Shown here piece by piece: positions 32,263-45,014 of a DNA stretch of 64,000 bases. The DNA is from Synechococcus sp. (GTDB lineage Bacteria > Cyanobacteriota > Cyanobacteriia > PCC-6307 > Cyanobiaceae). The stretch covers positions 512,001-576,000 of the forward strand of contig JBJBCN010000003.1 of assembly GCA_047285805.1 (NCBI GenBank), read 5' to 3'. The translations under genes and the position numbers were made by a program. A model generated the notes under the pieces. It did not search any database and was not told the DNA's origin. It saw only the letters and a list, made by a program, of their open reading frames with translations. Each line of letters begins with the position of its first letter. The stretch's first letter is position 1.

Positions 32263-33588
32263 ATGGCCGCTGGGGGCACAGCCACAGGAGCGCGCCGACT
32301 GCAGGCCTCCCTGTTTTTGATCGTTTGCTTTGGGGCTGCAGCAGCACCCCATAGGCTGCCTGCGGCCCAGGCCCTTTGGCCAGCTGCCGTCCTGACGTTC
32401 CTACTTGGCTCGTACCTCCTGAGGGCCGTTTTTCTTCCTGCGTTCCGCGGGGCCCAGGCGGAGAGCTCAACGGAGCTCGAGAGCTGGCCCGCCGTTGATC
32501 TGGTGGTGGCGGCCCGTGACGAGGAGGCCGTCATTGGTCGCTTGGTTGAGCGTTTGGCCGCCCTGCGCTATCCGGCAGACCGCCTGAAGATCTGGATCGT
32601 TGACGACGGCAGTGAGGACCGGACCCCCGAGGTCTTAAGGGCCTATCAGGCCCGGTTCTCGCAACTGCAGGTGTTGCGACGGCCCCGCGATGCCGGCGGC
32701 GGAAAGTCCGGGGCCCTCAATGCGGTGCTCCCCAACCTCCAAGGGCGTTGGTTGCTGGTGCTGGATGCCGATGCCCAGCTGCAGCCCGACGTTCTCGAGC
32801 GACTGGTGCGTTATGCGGAACAGGGGGGATGGTCAGCGGTTCAGCTGCGCAAGTCCGTGGTTAATCCAGACCTCAACTGGTTGACCCGTGCCCAGGCCAT
32901 GGAAATGGCACTGGATGCCGTCATTCAGCAGGGGCGCCTGGCCTCGGGTGGGGTCGTTGAGTTGCGCGGCAACGGTCAGTTGCTCCAGCGAGAGGCTGTG
33001 CTCAGTTGCGAGGGCTTCAACGAAGCCACCGTGACCGATGACCTCGATTTGAGTTTCCGTCTGCTGGTCCAGCAGCAACCGGTCGCTTTGCTCTGGGACC
33101 CGCCCGTGCAGGAGGAGGCAGTGACCGCTTGGAGTGCCCTGTGGCGCCAGCGTCAGCGCTGGGCCGAGGGTGGCCTCCAACGGTTCTTTGACTATTGGCC
33201 CCAGCTCACTGGACCTGAGGTACCTGCCGCCCGCAAGCTCGATCTCAGCTGCTTTTTTCTGCTCCAATACGCCTTGCCGGTGATGGCTGCCGCCGATGCC
33301 TTGACGGCGCTTATCACGCGTACGGCTCCCCTGAGTTGGCCACTGTCGTTTGTCGCGTTTGGTCTCTCCGGTGGAGCGATCTTGGTGGGTTGCACCCGTC
33401 GCTCAGAGGGGCCGGACCTGCCGTCGATGGGACCGATGAACCTCGCCTGGGGCATCGCCTACCTGGGCCATTGGTTTGTGGTGATCCCTTACACCACCTT
33501 GCGGATGGCCCTGCTGCCCAAGCGTCTGATTTGGGCCAAGACGCTGCACGTGGGTGCCGACCCGGAGCCCGATCAAGCGACGGCTTGA
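32263..33588 (+). CDS. mgdA: GT2 glycosyltransferase, probable monoglucosyldiacylglycerol synthase
   Basis: DDGS, GKSGALN, DAD, ELRGNGQ, TDDLDL, QRQRWAEGG. Confidence 0.8.
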   Translation: MAAGGTATGARRLQASLFLIVCFGAAAAPHRLPAAQALWPAAVLTFLLGSYLLRAVFLPAFRGAQAESSTELESWPAVDLVVAARDEEAVIGRLVERLAALRYPADRLKIWIVDDGSEDRTPEVLRAYQARFSQLQVLRRPRDAGGGKSGALNAVLPNLQGRWLLVLDADAQLQPDVLERLVRYAEQGGWSAVQLRKSVVNPDLNWLTRAQAMEMALDAVIQQGRLASGGVVELRGNGQLLQREAVLSCEGFNEATVTDDLDLSFRLLVQQQPVALLWDPPVQEEAVTAWSALWRQRQRWAEGGLQRFFDYWPQLTGPEVPAARKLDLSCFFLLQYALPVMAAADALTALITRTAPLSWPLSFVAFGLSGGAILVGCTRRSEGPDLPSMGPMNLAWGIAYLGHWFVVIPYTTLRMALLPKRLIWAKTLHVGADPEPDQATA

Positions 33589-35462
33589 TCGTCTCCTAAT
33601 TCGGGCATGGGGTCCTGCACGTCCACGACTTCCCCGTTGAAGAAATCAGCCAGTCGCTTCGCTTGGTCGTCGATCAGGCCATCGGGTTGCCTTGCGGCCG
33701 CAGGGGTCTCTGCTGCGGGCCTGGGTTCCTGCTCGGGCGCCTGCGGTTGGGAACTGCGTGCTGCTGGCGCTCTCTCCGCCGGAGCCGGGGGGGATAGGGG
33801 AGCGGGTGCAGCGGCAGGGGGCGCGCTTCCGGTTGTTGGGGGTGGTACCTGTGCCTGAACGGGAGCGGAGGCGGGTGCACTCGCGGCCGGCGGCTCAGGC
33901 GCTGGTGTCGTGGCTGGGGCGCCGATTGGTGCGGCAGTCTCGGGAGCACTGCCGGCTTCGAGAACGACCTGCCGAGGGCTGCCCAGGGCGCAGGCGACGG
34001 CTTTTTCCAGCAGGGGCAGGCGGCTTTGAACCATGGCGGTCCAGTTGCCGGCGACTTGAACTACTGCGCGCTGACTGTCCAGGCGGGCGAGGGCGGCCTG
34101 CTGAGAGAGGAGCATGCGGGTGGAGGGCAGCTCTAAGCCAGCCAGGATCTGTTGCCAGAGGGCGGCCAGGTCCAGGGCCTCCCCACTGGGCGCGGCCGCA
34201 AGGGTAGAAGGCTCGGGTGCGGGTGCCGCGACAGGCGGGGCCTGCACGACGGGTACTGGGTCTGGTGCCGCGTCGGCTGGGGCTGGGACGGGCGAGACCG
34301 GGGCTTCCCTGACGGCCGTCGCCGGTCGTTGGGGTGCGGCGGGGGCGGTCACGCTGGTCTGGATGGCCGGTTCAGCCAGAAGGCCGAGCAGGAGCACTTC
34401 GAGCCAGAGCCGGGGTTGAGCACTCTGGCGTAGTTGCTGCTCGCTTCCTTTGAGTTGGGATTGCCAGCGCAGCAGCTTCGCTTTGCCGATGTTGCGGGCG
34501 AGGGCCGGTAGTTCCCCGCGGATCTGCGGCGAGAAGCTGGTGAGCTCCAGGCGGTCCGGGGCGACGCCGGCGAGTACCAGGTCCCGAAGGAGGCCCGCCA
34601 TCCCCTGGAGGACGGCGCCAGGCTCACGGCCGCGATCTAGCAGGTTGCGGATCGCCTCGATGACCCCGAGCGGCTCGCTCCCGGCCAGGGCTTGGGCGAG
34701 TTGCAGCAGCTCCTGTTCGGGCACGGCCCCCAGCAGTTCCCAGACAGCCATCGGTTCGACGGGGCCCGGCAACAAGCTGAGTTGATCGAGGAGGCTTTCG
34801 GCGTCCCGCAGGCCCCCCTGGGCCCGCTGGGCCACCACATGCAGGGCTTCTGGGGTGATCTGAATCGCCTCTTGCTGAGCGATCCAGCCCAGGTGCTGCT
34901 CGAGGGCATCCAGGGGAATGCGCCGGTAGTCGAAGCGCTGACAGCGGCTCAGGATTGTGGGCAGAACCCGTTGCGGGTCGGTGGTCGCCAGTACAAAGAC
35001 CACCCGCGGCGGCGGCTCCTCAAGAGTTTTGAGCAGGGCGTTGAAGGCCGCGGTCGAGAGCATGTGGCACTCGTCCACCACGTAGACCTTCCAGCGGGCC
35101 TGAACCGGCGCGAAGCGTGAGCGTTCAATCAGCTCGCGGATGTTGTCGACGCCGGTGTTGGAGGCGGCGTCGATCTCGATGACATCGAGGGCGTTGCCGT
35201 TGGCAATGGAGGTGCAGAGCTCACAGGTGCCGCAGGGCTCGGGGGTCGGGCCCTCGGAGCTCATGCAATTGAGGGAGCGCGCCAGGATGCGCGCGCTGGA
35301 GGTTTTCCCGGTACCGCGGGGGCCGCTGAAGAGATACGCGGGCGCAATTCGGCCGGACCGCAGGGCGTTGCCCAGGGTTGCGGCGATCGCCTCTTGCCCC
35401 ACAAGCTGATCGAACCGCTGCGGGCGGTACTTGTGGTGTAGCGGTTGGTAGGCGGCCGGCAT
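33573..35462 (-). CDS. dnaX: DNA polymerase III gamma/tau
   Basis: KYRPQRF, GPRGTGKT, IDAAS, DECHML, SRCQ; Pro/Ala linkers. Confidence 0.97.
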   Translation of the reverse strand: MPAAYQPLHHKYRPQRFDQLVGQEAIAATLGNALRSGRIAPAYLFSGPRGTGKTSSARILARSLNCMSSEGPTPEPCGTCELCTSIANGNALDVIEIDAASNTGVDNIRELIERSRFAPVQARWKVYVVDECHMLSTAAFNALLKTLEEPPPRVVFVLATTDPQRVLPTILSRCQRFDYRRIPLDALEQHLGWIAQQEAIQITPEALHVVAQRAQGGLRDAESLLDQLSLLPGPVEPMAVWELLGAVPEQELLQLAQALAGSEPLGVIEAIRNLLDRGREPGAVLQGMAGLLRDLVLAGVAPDRLELTSFSPQIRGELPALARNIGKAKLLRWQSQLKGSEQQLRQSAQPRLWLEVLLLGLLAEPAIQTSVTAPAAPQRPATAVREAPVSPVPAPADAAPDPVPVVQAPPVAAPAPEPSTLAAAPSGEALDLAALWQQILAGLELPSTRMLLSQQAALARLDSQRAVVQVAGNWTAMVQSRLPLLEKAVACALGSPRQVVLEAGSAPETAAPIGAPATTPAPEPPAASAPASAPVQAQVPPPTTGSAPPAAAPAPLSPPAPAERAPAARSSQPQAPEQEPRPAAETPAAARQPDGLIDDQAKRLADFFNGEVVDVQDPMPELGDDQAVA

Positions 35463-35471
35463 GGCTGGAGG

Positions 35472-36176
35472 CTACTGGCCCTTGACGCCTCTGTTCGGCT
35501 TTGAATCCTGCTGACGATCTGTTAGGAGTTGCTCGAGCTCGGCTTCCATCTCCTCCACTTCACTGAGTTGATCCGCCAGGGCTTGGGCGGCCAGACGCAG
35601 ACGTTGGAATTGGGGTTGCGGCTTTCCCTGGCCCCAACGTTCCTCGGCCCGCGCCAGTTCGGTTTCCAATTTGGCTTGCAGCTTGAGCTGTAGGGCATCG
35701 AGTTGTTCGAGGCTGCGGCGGATGAGCTCCCGTCCCTGCGCCAGTTGGCTTGGCTCCAAGCGCAGGCCCTGCCGCAGCAGCACCTTGGCGCCGGTCAGGA
35801 CGGCCGCTGGCATGAATTGCCCGATTGCCAATGCCCCCCAGCTGCCGGCCTGCAGCATGTCCTCGACTTGGGCGCTGCGGTGGCGCCCGGTCTTGCACCA
35901 ATGGGCGAAATGCTCGCAGTTGTTGAAGAGCAGGTTGTAGTTCTGCTCCCCCAAGCGCCCCATGGCTCGGCGCAGGGTTTGACCTGCCGGTAAGCAGTCG
36001 CCTGCCGGATATGCGATCACCGAGAGGGGCTGGCCCCGGCTGAACTCCTCCAGTGGGCTGCGCAGAATCTTCCGACCCTCGAGGTAGTGGGCGACGCTCC
36101 CATCCCCGATATCAATGCCGTGATGGTTGAAGAGGCCGTGCTGACGCGGCACCTGAAGGTGATCGGCGGCAGCCAT
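35472..36176 (-). CDS. LRAT-family (permuted NlpC/P60) protein with C-terminal coiled coil
   Basis: HHGIDIGDGSVAHY, YNLLFNNCEHF. Confidence 0.9.
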   Translation of the reverse strand: MAAADHLQVPRQHGLFNHHGIDIGDGSVAHYLEGRKILRSPLEEFSRGQPLSVIAYPAGDCLPAGQTLRRAMGRLGEQNYNLLFNNCEHFAHWCKTGRHRSAQVEDMLQAGSWGALAIGQFMPAAVLTGAKVLLRQGLRLEPSQLAQGRELIRRSLEQLDALQLKLQAKLETELARAEERWGQGKPQPQFQRLRLAAQALADQLSEVEEMEAELEQLLTDRQQDSKPNRGVKGQ

Positions 36177-36181
36177 GGGCC

Positions 36182-37537
<1,356 letters not shown>

Positions 37538-37638
37538 CGGGCAGGGGCTGTGGCGGCGTTGAGCGGGAGGGCTTCGTGGCGGTGTCCCGAAACTTCAGGA
37601 TCGGTGCGATCCAGCGCTTCGTCAGCCGTCCTTAAGGA

Positions 37639-38319
37639 TCAAACCGGGGTCGTATCGGTGACGACACGATCGATCAGGCCGTATTGAACCGCTTCTGCCG
37701 GGGAAAGGAAGTAGTCGCGGTCGGTGTCTTCAGCGATTTGGTCCAAGGGCTGGCCGGTGTGTTCCGCCATCAGGCCGTTCAAGGTCTCCTTGAGGTACAG
37801 GATCTCCTTGGCTTGGATCTCGATGTCCACGGCTTGGCCTTGGGCCCCTCCCAGGGGCTGGTGGATCATGATCCGCGCGTTTGGCAGGGCGAGCCGCTTG
37901 CCCTTGGTGCCGCCGGAGAGGAGGAAGGCGCCCATGGAGGCAGCCAGGCCATAGCAGATGGTCACGACGTCAGGAGCAACCTGCTGCATGGTGTCGTAGA
38001 TCGCCAGGCCAGCGGTGACAGATCCCCCGGGGGAGTTGACGTAGATCTGAATGTCCTTCTCGGGGTCCTCGGCTTCCAGGAAGAGCAGCTGGGCGACCAT
38101 GGCGTCCGCCACTTGGTCGTCGATTCCGCTGCCCAGGAAGATGATGCGCTCGCGGAGCAGGCGGGAATAAATGTCAAAGGCCCGCTCGCCACGGCCGGAT
38201 TGCTCCACCACGGTGGGGAGAACTCCGGGAGCGGCGGACGGGCCAGTCGAGATCGAAGATTGGGGCCCTTGGCCCAGCCAGCGGTTCTGAATTGGATGGG
38301 GAGTGCTGGCGTTGATCAC
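37639..38319 (-). CDS. clpP: Clp protease proteolytic subunit
   Basis: [24 protein letters not shown]. Confidence 0.97.
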   Translation of the reverse strand: MINASTPHPIQNRWLGQGPQSSISTGPSAAPGVLPTVVEQSGRGERAFDIYSRLLRERIIFLGSGIDDQVADAMVAQLLFLEAEDPEKDIQIYVNSPGGSVTAGLAIYDTMQQVAPDVVTICYGLAASMGAFLLSGGTKGKRLALPNARIMIHQPLGGAQGQAVDIEIQAKEILYLKETLNGLMAEHTGQPLDQIAEDTDRDYFLSPAEAVQYGLIDRVVTDTTPV

Positions 38320-38357
38320 GCGGCCGGACTTGGGTCAGTCCGGCCAATCTATGGGGA

Positions 38358-39806
38358 TCAGGCCTCGTTGGTGGCTGCCTCGGCGTCGTCAGCCTTGGCT
38401 TTCTTGTTTGAAGCGCTCTTGACTTTGGCCTTGGGCTTCTCCTCGCCGGCCTCTGCGGCTTTCTCGGTAATGGTGGAGTTGCTCTCCAGCCAGCTCAGGA
38501 GCTTCTCGCGCATCAGGTCTTCCTGAACGGCCTGGCGCAGGCGCTCGGGGTCGATGCGGGAGCTGTCGCTGAAGCCGCGGCTGAGTTCCTTGACCTTGGC
38601 GTCAATTTCGCTGGCTTCCAATTCCAGCTTCTCGGCGGCGGCCAGGGCCTTGAGGGCCAGGCTGCGCTTCAGGCGCTCCTCGGCTTCGGGGCGAGAGGTC
38701 TCGCGCAGGCTTTGGATCAGCTGAGGAGTGAACAGCTTTTTGACGTCCATCCCCTGCTGGGCCAGTTGGCTAGCGGTTTGCTCGAGCAGGGTCACGATCT
38801 CCTCTTGGACGAGGGTCTCGGGCAGTTCAACCTCCAGTTGCTCCACCAGGGCCGCCAGCAGGGCGTCATGGCGGTTGGACTGGTGGCGACGCTCGGCGTC
38901 CTCCTTCAGGCGGGTCTCTAGATCGCTGCGCAGCTCGGCGAGGGTTTGCTTGTCGCTGGCTTGTTGTGCGAACGCGTCATCCAGGGCGGGCAGTTCACGG
39001 CCCTTGAGCTCGCTCAGGGTGATGTCGAAGCTGGCTTTCCTGCCGGCAGCGTCTTCCTGGGCGTAGTCCTCGGGGAACTGGCAAGCGATGGTCTTGCTCT
39101 CGCCGGCCTTCATGCCGATGACCCCTTCCACAAAGCCGGGGATCATGCGGCCGTCTTCCAGTTCCACCTCCATGGCGTCACCGCTACCGCCTTCGATGGC
39201 CTCCCCGTTGTCGCTGTAGGTGCCCTTGAAGCTGAGAACAGCCACATCACCAGAGGCTGCTGCACGGCCTTCAACCGGCACGAGGGTGGCCATCTGACGG
39301 CGGGATTGCTCGATCAGTTCGTCGATGCGGGCGGGATCGAAGCTGACGGACTCGCTTTCAGCCTTGAGGCCCTTGGTGCTCTTGAGCTTCGGTGTGGGCT
39401 CCACGTCCATCTCCAGGGTCAAGGTCAGCTCTTGACCTGGCTCAAAGCGCTCGAGAAGGGATTCGAAGCCGCCGTCGAGGGCCGGTTGGCCGATGGCGGG
39501 GATGTCGGCTTGTTTGAGGGCATCCTTGAAGACGCTGTCCACAAGGGACTCCAGGGCGGTCGCCCGAATCTGCAGGGGACCGATTTGCTGCATCAGCACC
39601 GCGCGGGGCACCTTGCCCTTGCGGAAGCCGGGCAGTTTCACGCTGCGGCTCAGCTTCTCGACGGCTGCGTTATGGCTCCCTTGGGTGCGCTCCCCAGGAA
39701 CGGCAATTTCGATCGCCATCCGGCTGCCGGGACGGGCGCTGGTGCTCAGCTTGAGATCTGCCTGTTTGGCAGTGGCTTTGCTGGCGGTGCTAGCGGCAGG
39801 GCTCAT
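38358..39806 (-). CDS. tig: Trigger factor
   Basis: [13 protein letters not shown] domain MIPGF; tig-clpP-clpX order. Confidence 0.97.
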   Translation of the reverse strand: MSPAASTASKATAKQADLKLSTSARPGSRMAIEIAVPGERTQGSHNAAVEKLSRSVKLPGFRKGKVPRAVLMQQIGPLQIRATALESLVDSVFKDALKQADIPAIGQPALDGGFESLLERFEPGQELTLTLEMDVEPTPKLKSTKGLKAESESVSFDPARIDELIEQSRRQMATLVPVEGRAAASGDVAVLSFKGTYSDNGEAIEGGSGDAMEVELEDGRMIPGFVEGVIGMKAGESKTIACQFPEDYAQEDAAGRKASFDITLSELKGRELPALDDAFAQQASDKQTLAELRSDLETRLKEDAERRHQSNRHDALLAALVEQLEVELPETLVQEEIVTLLEQTASQLAQQGMDVKKLFTPQLIQSLRETSRPEAEERLKRSLALKALAAAEKLELEASEIDAKVKELSRGFSDSSRIDPERLRQAVQEDLMREKLLSWLESNSTITEKAAEAGEEKPKAKVKSASNKKAKADDAEAATNEA

Positions 39807-40234
39807 GGATGCGATCGAGACGTCGGGCCGAACAGTCGGCTAGGGCAGCCCACGATCCTAGGTAGTCACCTGTGACGAGCTCCAACAGGCCTGTTCGTCG
39901 TCGTCCTTAGCCACGTATTGTCTTAGGCAAGAACCAGTGACCTGAAGAGTTTTTTGGCGGTGTCCACAAGGATTTCGCTCAACGGTTGCAGGTCGTGCAT
40001 CCGTCTTTCTCGGGATGTTTCACCGCTCGCCTTCCTCGGTATTGGGTTCGTCGATCGCGCTCTCCGTTGATTTCTCGCTTTATTCCTTCTCACCTCTGAT
40101 CTCACACGCCTAATTGGCGCCAACGGCTCCCGTGCCCGTTTTCCCTCTCTGTCTTGTTTTGAGCAAATCCGCCTCCTGACGAGGTCCCGCTCTGATTCTC
40201 AGTCTTTTCGCCCTACTTCTTCCCTGCACTTCCG

Positions 40235-41314
40235 TTGACTTCCACCGACGTTCGTTCGCTGCCCAACCGTCCGCTGCATGTCGCTGTCCTTGGCGCGACC
40301 GGAGCGGTTGGCCAAGAGCTGCTGACCTTGCTGAGCGAGCGGGCTTTCCCGGTCGGTCAGCTCACCCTGTTGGCTTCACCGCGCTCGGCTGGTCAAACCC
40401 TGGAATGGAACGGTAAGGAGCTGACCGTTCAGCCTGTCACGGCTGAGGCCTTTGCTGGCGTGGATGTGGTGCTCGCCTCGGCGGGTGGCTCTGTTTCGAA
40501 GCAATGGGCCCCCGTCGCCGCCGCCGCTGGGGCGGTCGTGATCGACAACTCCAGTGCCTTTCGGATGGATGCCGGGGTTCCCCTGGTGGTTCCCGAGGTC
40601 AATCCCCATGAGGCCTTCCGCCATCAAGGGGTGATCGCCAACCCCAACTGCACCACGATTTTGATGACTTTGGCGGTGGCGCCCTTAGCGGCTCGCCGAG
40701 CTCTGCGTCGGGTGGTGGTCAGCACCTATCAATCCGCTAGTGGTGCCGGTTCCCGTGCCATGGAAGAACTGACCGAACTCAGCCGCACGGTCCTCGACGG
40801 CGGGACCCCGATGAGCAGTGTCTTGCCCTATTCCCTGGCCTTCAACCTCTTTCTGCACAACTCCCCGCTGCAGGACAACGGCTATTGCGAAGAGGAGCTG
40901 AAGATGGTCAACGAAACCCGGAAGATCATGGGTTTGCCCAACCTCCGGGTCTCAGCGACCTGCGTTCGTGTTCCAGTCCTGCGCGCCCACTCCGAGTCGA
41001 TCAACATCGAATTCTGCGAACCCTTCCCCGTCGAGGAAGCCCATGCACTGCTCCAGGACGCACCAGGCGTTGAGCTGATCGAAGATTTCAGCTCCAACCG
41101 ATTCCCGATGCCCACGGATGTCACGGGGCGGGATCCTGTGGCCGTCGGCCGCATTCGCCAGGACCTCAGCGAACCCAATGCCCTTGAGCTCTGGCTTTGC
41201 GGCGACCAGATCCGTAAGGGAGCAGCCCTGAACGCGATTCAGATTGCTGAGTTGCTGCTGGATCCAGTGGCCGCGGCCGCCGCTGCTCAGGCCCCAGCGG
41301 GAGCTTCGGCATGA
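40235..41314 (+). CDS. asd: Aspartate-semialdehyde dehydrogenase
   Basis: GATGAVG, NPNCTT, QSASGAG, CVRVPV, RKGAALN. Confidence 0.97.
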   Translation: MTSTDVRSLPNRPLHVAVLGATGAVGQELLTLLSERAFPVGQLTLLASPRSAGQTLEWNGKELTVQPVTAEAFAGVDVVLASAGGSVSKQWAPVAAAAGAVVIDNSSAFRMDAGVPLVVPEVNPHEAFRHQGVIANPNCTTILMTLAVAPLAARRALRRVVVSTYQSASGAGSRAMEELTELSRTVLDGGTPMSSVLPYSLAFNLFLHNSPLQDNGYCEEELKMVNETRKIMGLPNLRVSATCVRVPVLRAHSESINIEFCEPFPVEEAHALLQDAPGVELIEDFSSNRFPMPTDVTGRDPVAVGRIRQDLSEPNALELWLCGDQIRKGAALNAIQIAELLLDPVAAAAAAQAPAGASA

Positions 41315-42228
41315 GCACGGCCTTGACCCCAGGCGCGCACTCCCCGGCCCCCTTTGGTCGTGTGATAACCGCGATGATCACCCCGTTTTCGGCCGATGGT
41401 TCTGTGGATCTGCCGATGGCGGCCAAGTTGGCCAGCCATTTGGTGGATCACGGTTCCGATGGCTTGGTGATTTGCGGCACCACCGGCGAATCGCCCACTC
41501 TCAGTTGGGATGAGCAGCACCAACTGTTCTCCGCGGTCAAAGCCTCCGTGGGGGAACGCGCCAAGGTTTTGGCCGGCACCGGCAGCAATTGCACCGACGA
41601 GGCTGTCGAGGCCATTGGTGAGGCGGCCGCGCTCGGCGCTGACGGAGCCTTGGTGGTGGTGCCCTACTACAACAAGCCTCCGCAGGAGGGTCTAGAAGCC
41701 CATTTCCGGGCCGTGGCCCAGGCGGCTCCCCAGACGCCACTGATGCTTTACAACATCCCTGGCCGGACCGGTTGCAGCCTGAGTCCAGAGACCGCCGCGC
41801 GATTGATGGACCTCCCCAACGTGGTCACCTTCAAGGCGGCGAGTGGCACGACTGAAGAGGTGAGCGCGCTGCGCGCGGCTTGCGGAGAACGCCTGGCGAT
41901 TTACAGCGGTGATGATGCCTTAACCCTGCCAATGATGGCCGTCGGTGCTGTCGGCGTCGTTAGCGTCGCCAGCCATGTCGCCGGCGATCAGATTCAGTGC
42001 ATGGTGCAGGCCTTCCTGGCCGGTGAGTTCGGTGACGCGTTGGCCAAGCACGAGCAATTGCTTCCCCTGTGCAAAGCCCTGTTCTGCACCACCAATCCCA
42101 TCCCTGTGAAGGCGGCTTTGGAACTAAGCGGCTGGTCCGTTGGTGCCCCCCGACTTCCGTTGGTTTCTGCTTCAAGCGATGTGCGCGATCGACTCACCTC
42201 CGTCCTGGCAGCCCTGCGTCCCACTTGA
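41311..42228 (+). CDS. dapA: 4-hydroxy-tetrahydrodipicolinate synthase
   Basis: GTTGES, PYYNKP, YNIPGRT, YSGDD, NPIPVK. Confidence 0.97.
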   Translation: MSTALTPGAHSPAPFGRVITAMITPFSADGSVDLPMAAKLASHLVDHGSDGLVICGTTGESPTLSWDEQHQLFSAVKASVGERAKVLAGTGSNCTDEAVEAIGEAAALGADGALVVVPYYNKPPQEGLEAHFRAVAQAAPQTPLMLYNIPGRTGCSLSPETAARLMDLPNVVTFKAASGTTEEVSALRAACGERLAIYSGDDALTLPMMAVGAVGVVSVASHVAGDQIQCMVQAFLAGEFGDALAKHEQLLPLCKALFCTTNPIPVKAALELSGWSVGAPRLPLVSASSDVRDRLTSVLAALRPT

Positions 42229-42313
42229 CGCCAAGGCCGACCTGACTTGTTGCTGAGCAACCCCTCTTTCAACGTTTTTCACCCATGCGGCTGAGCCGCG
42301 TCCCCCTCTCTGT

Positions 42314-44293
42314 ATGACTTCACAAACCCCTGCGCGTAACGGCGCCGCGAAGCAGCCCCACCTGCGGGTAATTCCCCTGGGCGGCCTGCACGAGATCGGC
42401 AAGAACACCTGCGTGTTCGAGTACGGCGACGACATCATGCTCGTGGATGCGGGCCTCGCCTTCCCCAGCGATGGGATGCACGGCGTGAACGTCGTCATGC
42501 CCGACACCAGCTATCTCAAGGAGAACCAGAAGCGCATCCGCGGAATGATCGTGACCCACGGTCACGAGGACCACATCGGGGGCATTTCGCACCACCTCAA
42601 GAACTTCAATATCCCGGTGATCTATGGCCCCCGGCTCGCCATGTCGATGCTCCAGGGAAAGATGGAGGAGGCTGGCGTAACCGATCGCACCACCATCCAG
42701 ACCGTTGGTCCGCGGGATGTGGTGAAGGTCGGCCAGCACTTCTCAGTGGAGTTCATCCGGAACACCCACTCGATGGCAGACAGCTTCTCGTTGGCCATCA
42801 CCACCCCTGTCGGGACGATCATCTTCACGGGTGACTTCAAGTTCGACCACACCCCGGTCGACGGCGAATACTTCGATATGGCCCGCCTCGCCCATCACGG
42901 CGAGCAGGGCGTTCTCTGCCTCTTCAGCGATTCCACCAACGCCGAAGTCCCAGGCTTCTGCCCCCCCGAGCGCTCGGTCTTCCCGGCCCTGGATCGCCAC
43001 ATCGCCCAGGCCGAAGGCCGGGTGATCGTGACGACCTTTGCGAGCTCGATACATCGCGTAGCGATGATCCTTGAGCTGGCCATGAAGAACGGCCGGAAAG
43101 TCGGTCTCCTCGGCCGCTCGATGCTCAACGTGATCGCCAAGGCCCGTGAGTTGGGCTACATGCGCGCTCCGGATGATCTGTTCGTGCCGATCAAGCAGAT
43201 TCGCGACCTCCCCGACCGCGAAACCCTGCTGCTCATGACCGGTAGCCAGGGTGAGCCTTTGGCCGCCTTGAGCCGCATCTCCCGAGGTGAGCACCCGCAG
43301 GTGCAGGTCAAGACCAGCGACACGATCATCTTCTCCGCGAGCCCGATCCCTGGGAACACCATCTCGGTGGTGAACACCATCGACCGGCTGATGATGCTGG
43401 GCGCCAAAGTGGTTTACGGCAAGGGCGAGGGTATCCACGTTTCTGGCCACGGCTTCCAGGAGGACCAGAAGCTGATGCTGGCCCTCACCCGTCCCAAGTT
43501 CTTCGTGCCAGTGCACGGCGAGCACCGCATGCTCGTTTGCCACAGCAAGACCGCCCAGTCCATGGGCGTTCCGGCCGACAACATGTTGATCATCGACAAT
43601 GGTGATGTTGTCGAGCTGACGGCTGACTCGATCAAGAAGGGCGACCCCGTGAAGGCGGGCATCGAACTCTTGGATGCCTCCCGCAACGGCATCGTTGACG
43701 CCCGCGTGCTCAAAGAGCGTCAGCAGCTCGCCGATGACGGCGTGATCACGATGCTCGCCCTGATCAGCACCGACGGTGTGATGGCGGCTCCTCCGCGGGT
43801 CAACCTGCGTGGTGTCGTCACCGCGGCTGATCCCCGCAAGCTCAGCCTCTGGACCGAACGGGAAATCACCTGGGTGCTCGAGAACCGCTGGCAGCAGCTC
43901 TCCCGCAACACTGGTGGCAAGGCCCCTGAGGTCGACTGGATGGGCGTGCAGCGTGAAATCGAGGTAGGTCTGCAGAGACGCCTGCGCCGTGAACTGCAAG
44001 TCGAGCCGCTGATCATCTGTCTGGTTCAGCCTGCTCCTGGCGGCACCCCGGCCTACAAGGGTCGTGCTGACGCAGAGCCTGACACCCGTCCGGCCCCCCG
44101 TGGCCGCCGTGACGGCAACCGCGATGGCAACCGTGACCGGGATCGCACCCCTCGCCGTGAGTTGGCTCCCGTGGGCGCGGCGGTTCCCGCGCCGGTGGCT
44201 GCAGCCAAGGCTGCCCCTGTGGTCGCTGCGGCGAAGGCTGAGGAACCTGAAATCGCCGGCCGGACCCGCCGCCGCCGTTCCACCGCGAGCTGA
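42314..44293 (+). CDS. rnj: Ribonuclease J
   Basis: PLGGLHEIGKN, THGHEDH, GDFK, HVSGH, PVHGE. Confidence 0.97.
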   Translation: MTSQTPARNGAAKQPHLRVIPLGGLHEIGKNTCVFEYGDDIMLVDAGLAFPSDGMHGVNVVMPDTSYLKENQKRIRGMIVTHGHEDHIGGISHHLKNFNIPVIYGPRLAMSMLQGKMEEAGVTDRTTIQTVGPRDVVKVGQHFSVEFIRNTHSMADSFSLAITTPVGTIIFTGDFKFDHTPVDGEYFDMARLAHHGEQGVLCLFSDSTNAEVPGFCPPERSVFPALDRHIAQAEGRVIVTTFASSIHRVAMILELAMKNGRKVGLLGRSMLNVIAKARELGYMRAPDDLFVPIKQIRDLPDRETLLLMTGSQGEPLAALSRISRGEHPQVQVKTSDTIIFSASPIPGNTISVVNTIDRLMMLGAKVVYGKGEGIHVSGHGFQEDQKLMLALTRPKFFVPVHGEHRMLVCHSKTAQSMGVPADNMLIIDNGDVVELTADSIKKGDPVKAGIELLDASRNGIVDARVLKERQQLADDGVITMLALISTDGVMAAPPRVNLRGVVTAADPRKLSLWTEREITWVLENRWQQLSRNTGGKAPEVDWMGVQREIEVGLQRRLRRELQVEPLIICLVQPAPGGTPAYKGRADAEPDTRPAPRGRRDGNRDGNRDRDRTPRRELAPVGAAVPAPVAAAKAAPVVAAAKAEEPEIAGRTRRRRSTAS

Positions 44294-44307
44294 GTCCTGA
44301 AGTGGCC

Positions 44308-44989
44308 TTAGGGCCGCTTCAGCTTGAAGAACCGTCTCCAGCTTTTGCCCTGCTCCTGGGGCTGTTCGGGGCGTTTTTCGCTTGGCTGGTCCTCCGGGCC
44401 TGTGGCTAGTTCAACCACGAGGTTGCCCAGGTTGTAGTCGGGCTCGGGGATGGAGTCTTGTTCGCCGACCAGCTCCACCTCATCTTGAAGTGCTGGAACC
44501 TTCTCTGGCCCTGAGGCGTCCTCGCCAGGCTCTTCGGCAGGGGAAGGGCCTGTGGGTTTCTCTGCGTCCGATGCGCTGGTGGCCTCTTCTGCCGTTATTC
44601 CTGTCCCCCAGGGGGTGGCAGACGTGCCTTCGCGAGTTAGCTGCGTGGCCGCTGGCGCGATTCCTCGGTGTTGGCGGCTGGGGTGACGCTCGTGGGTGGT
44701 TGTTCCTCGCAACGTTTGAGACCGGCTTGGGCCAGATCCACCAGGATTGTGGCCGCGGCGCTGATGGCCACGGCTTGGTAGTAGGCCCGGGCTTCGTCGG
44801 GTTGTCCCAGTCCATAGGGTGGTCGTGGCCTGTGAGCAGATGCAGTCGGCCCAAGGCGGCTGTCTGGTGCGGCGTCCGGCGCCTGGAGCTCCATCAGAAG
44901 TGCCTCCGCCTGTTCGACGCATCGCTGAACGGTCCTTCTCCGTAGGCCCGTTCGATGGCTCCGTAGCGACCTTCGCTGGCACTGGTCAT
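44308..44989 (-). pseudogene. Frameshifted gene for a TPR-like helical protein with an acidic tail
   Basis: Pieces in several frames: MTSASEGRYGAIERAYGEG / EQAEALLMEL / RLHLLTGH / YGLGQPDEARAYYQAV..LAQAGLKRC / ..KSWRRFFKLKRP. Confidence 0.65.
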
Positions 44990-45014
44990 TGCCGTGCGCT
45001 GCTCCCTCCGAGGT

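Noticed and set aside
39923..40123. 66-aa Arg-rich minus-strand ORF
   Set aside because: Likely a by-product of the pyrimidine skew on the opposite strand; not protein-like.
44100..44150. RDGN/RD repeats in the rnj tail; Pro/Ala repeats in dnaX and accB
   Set aside because: Ordinary low-complexity coding linkers.
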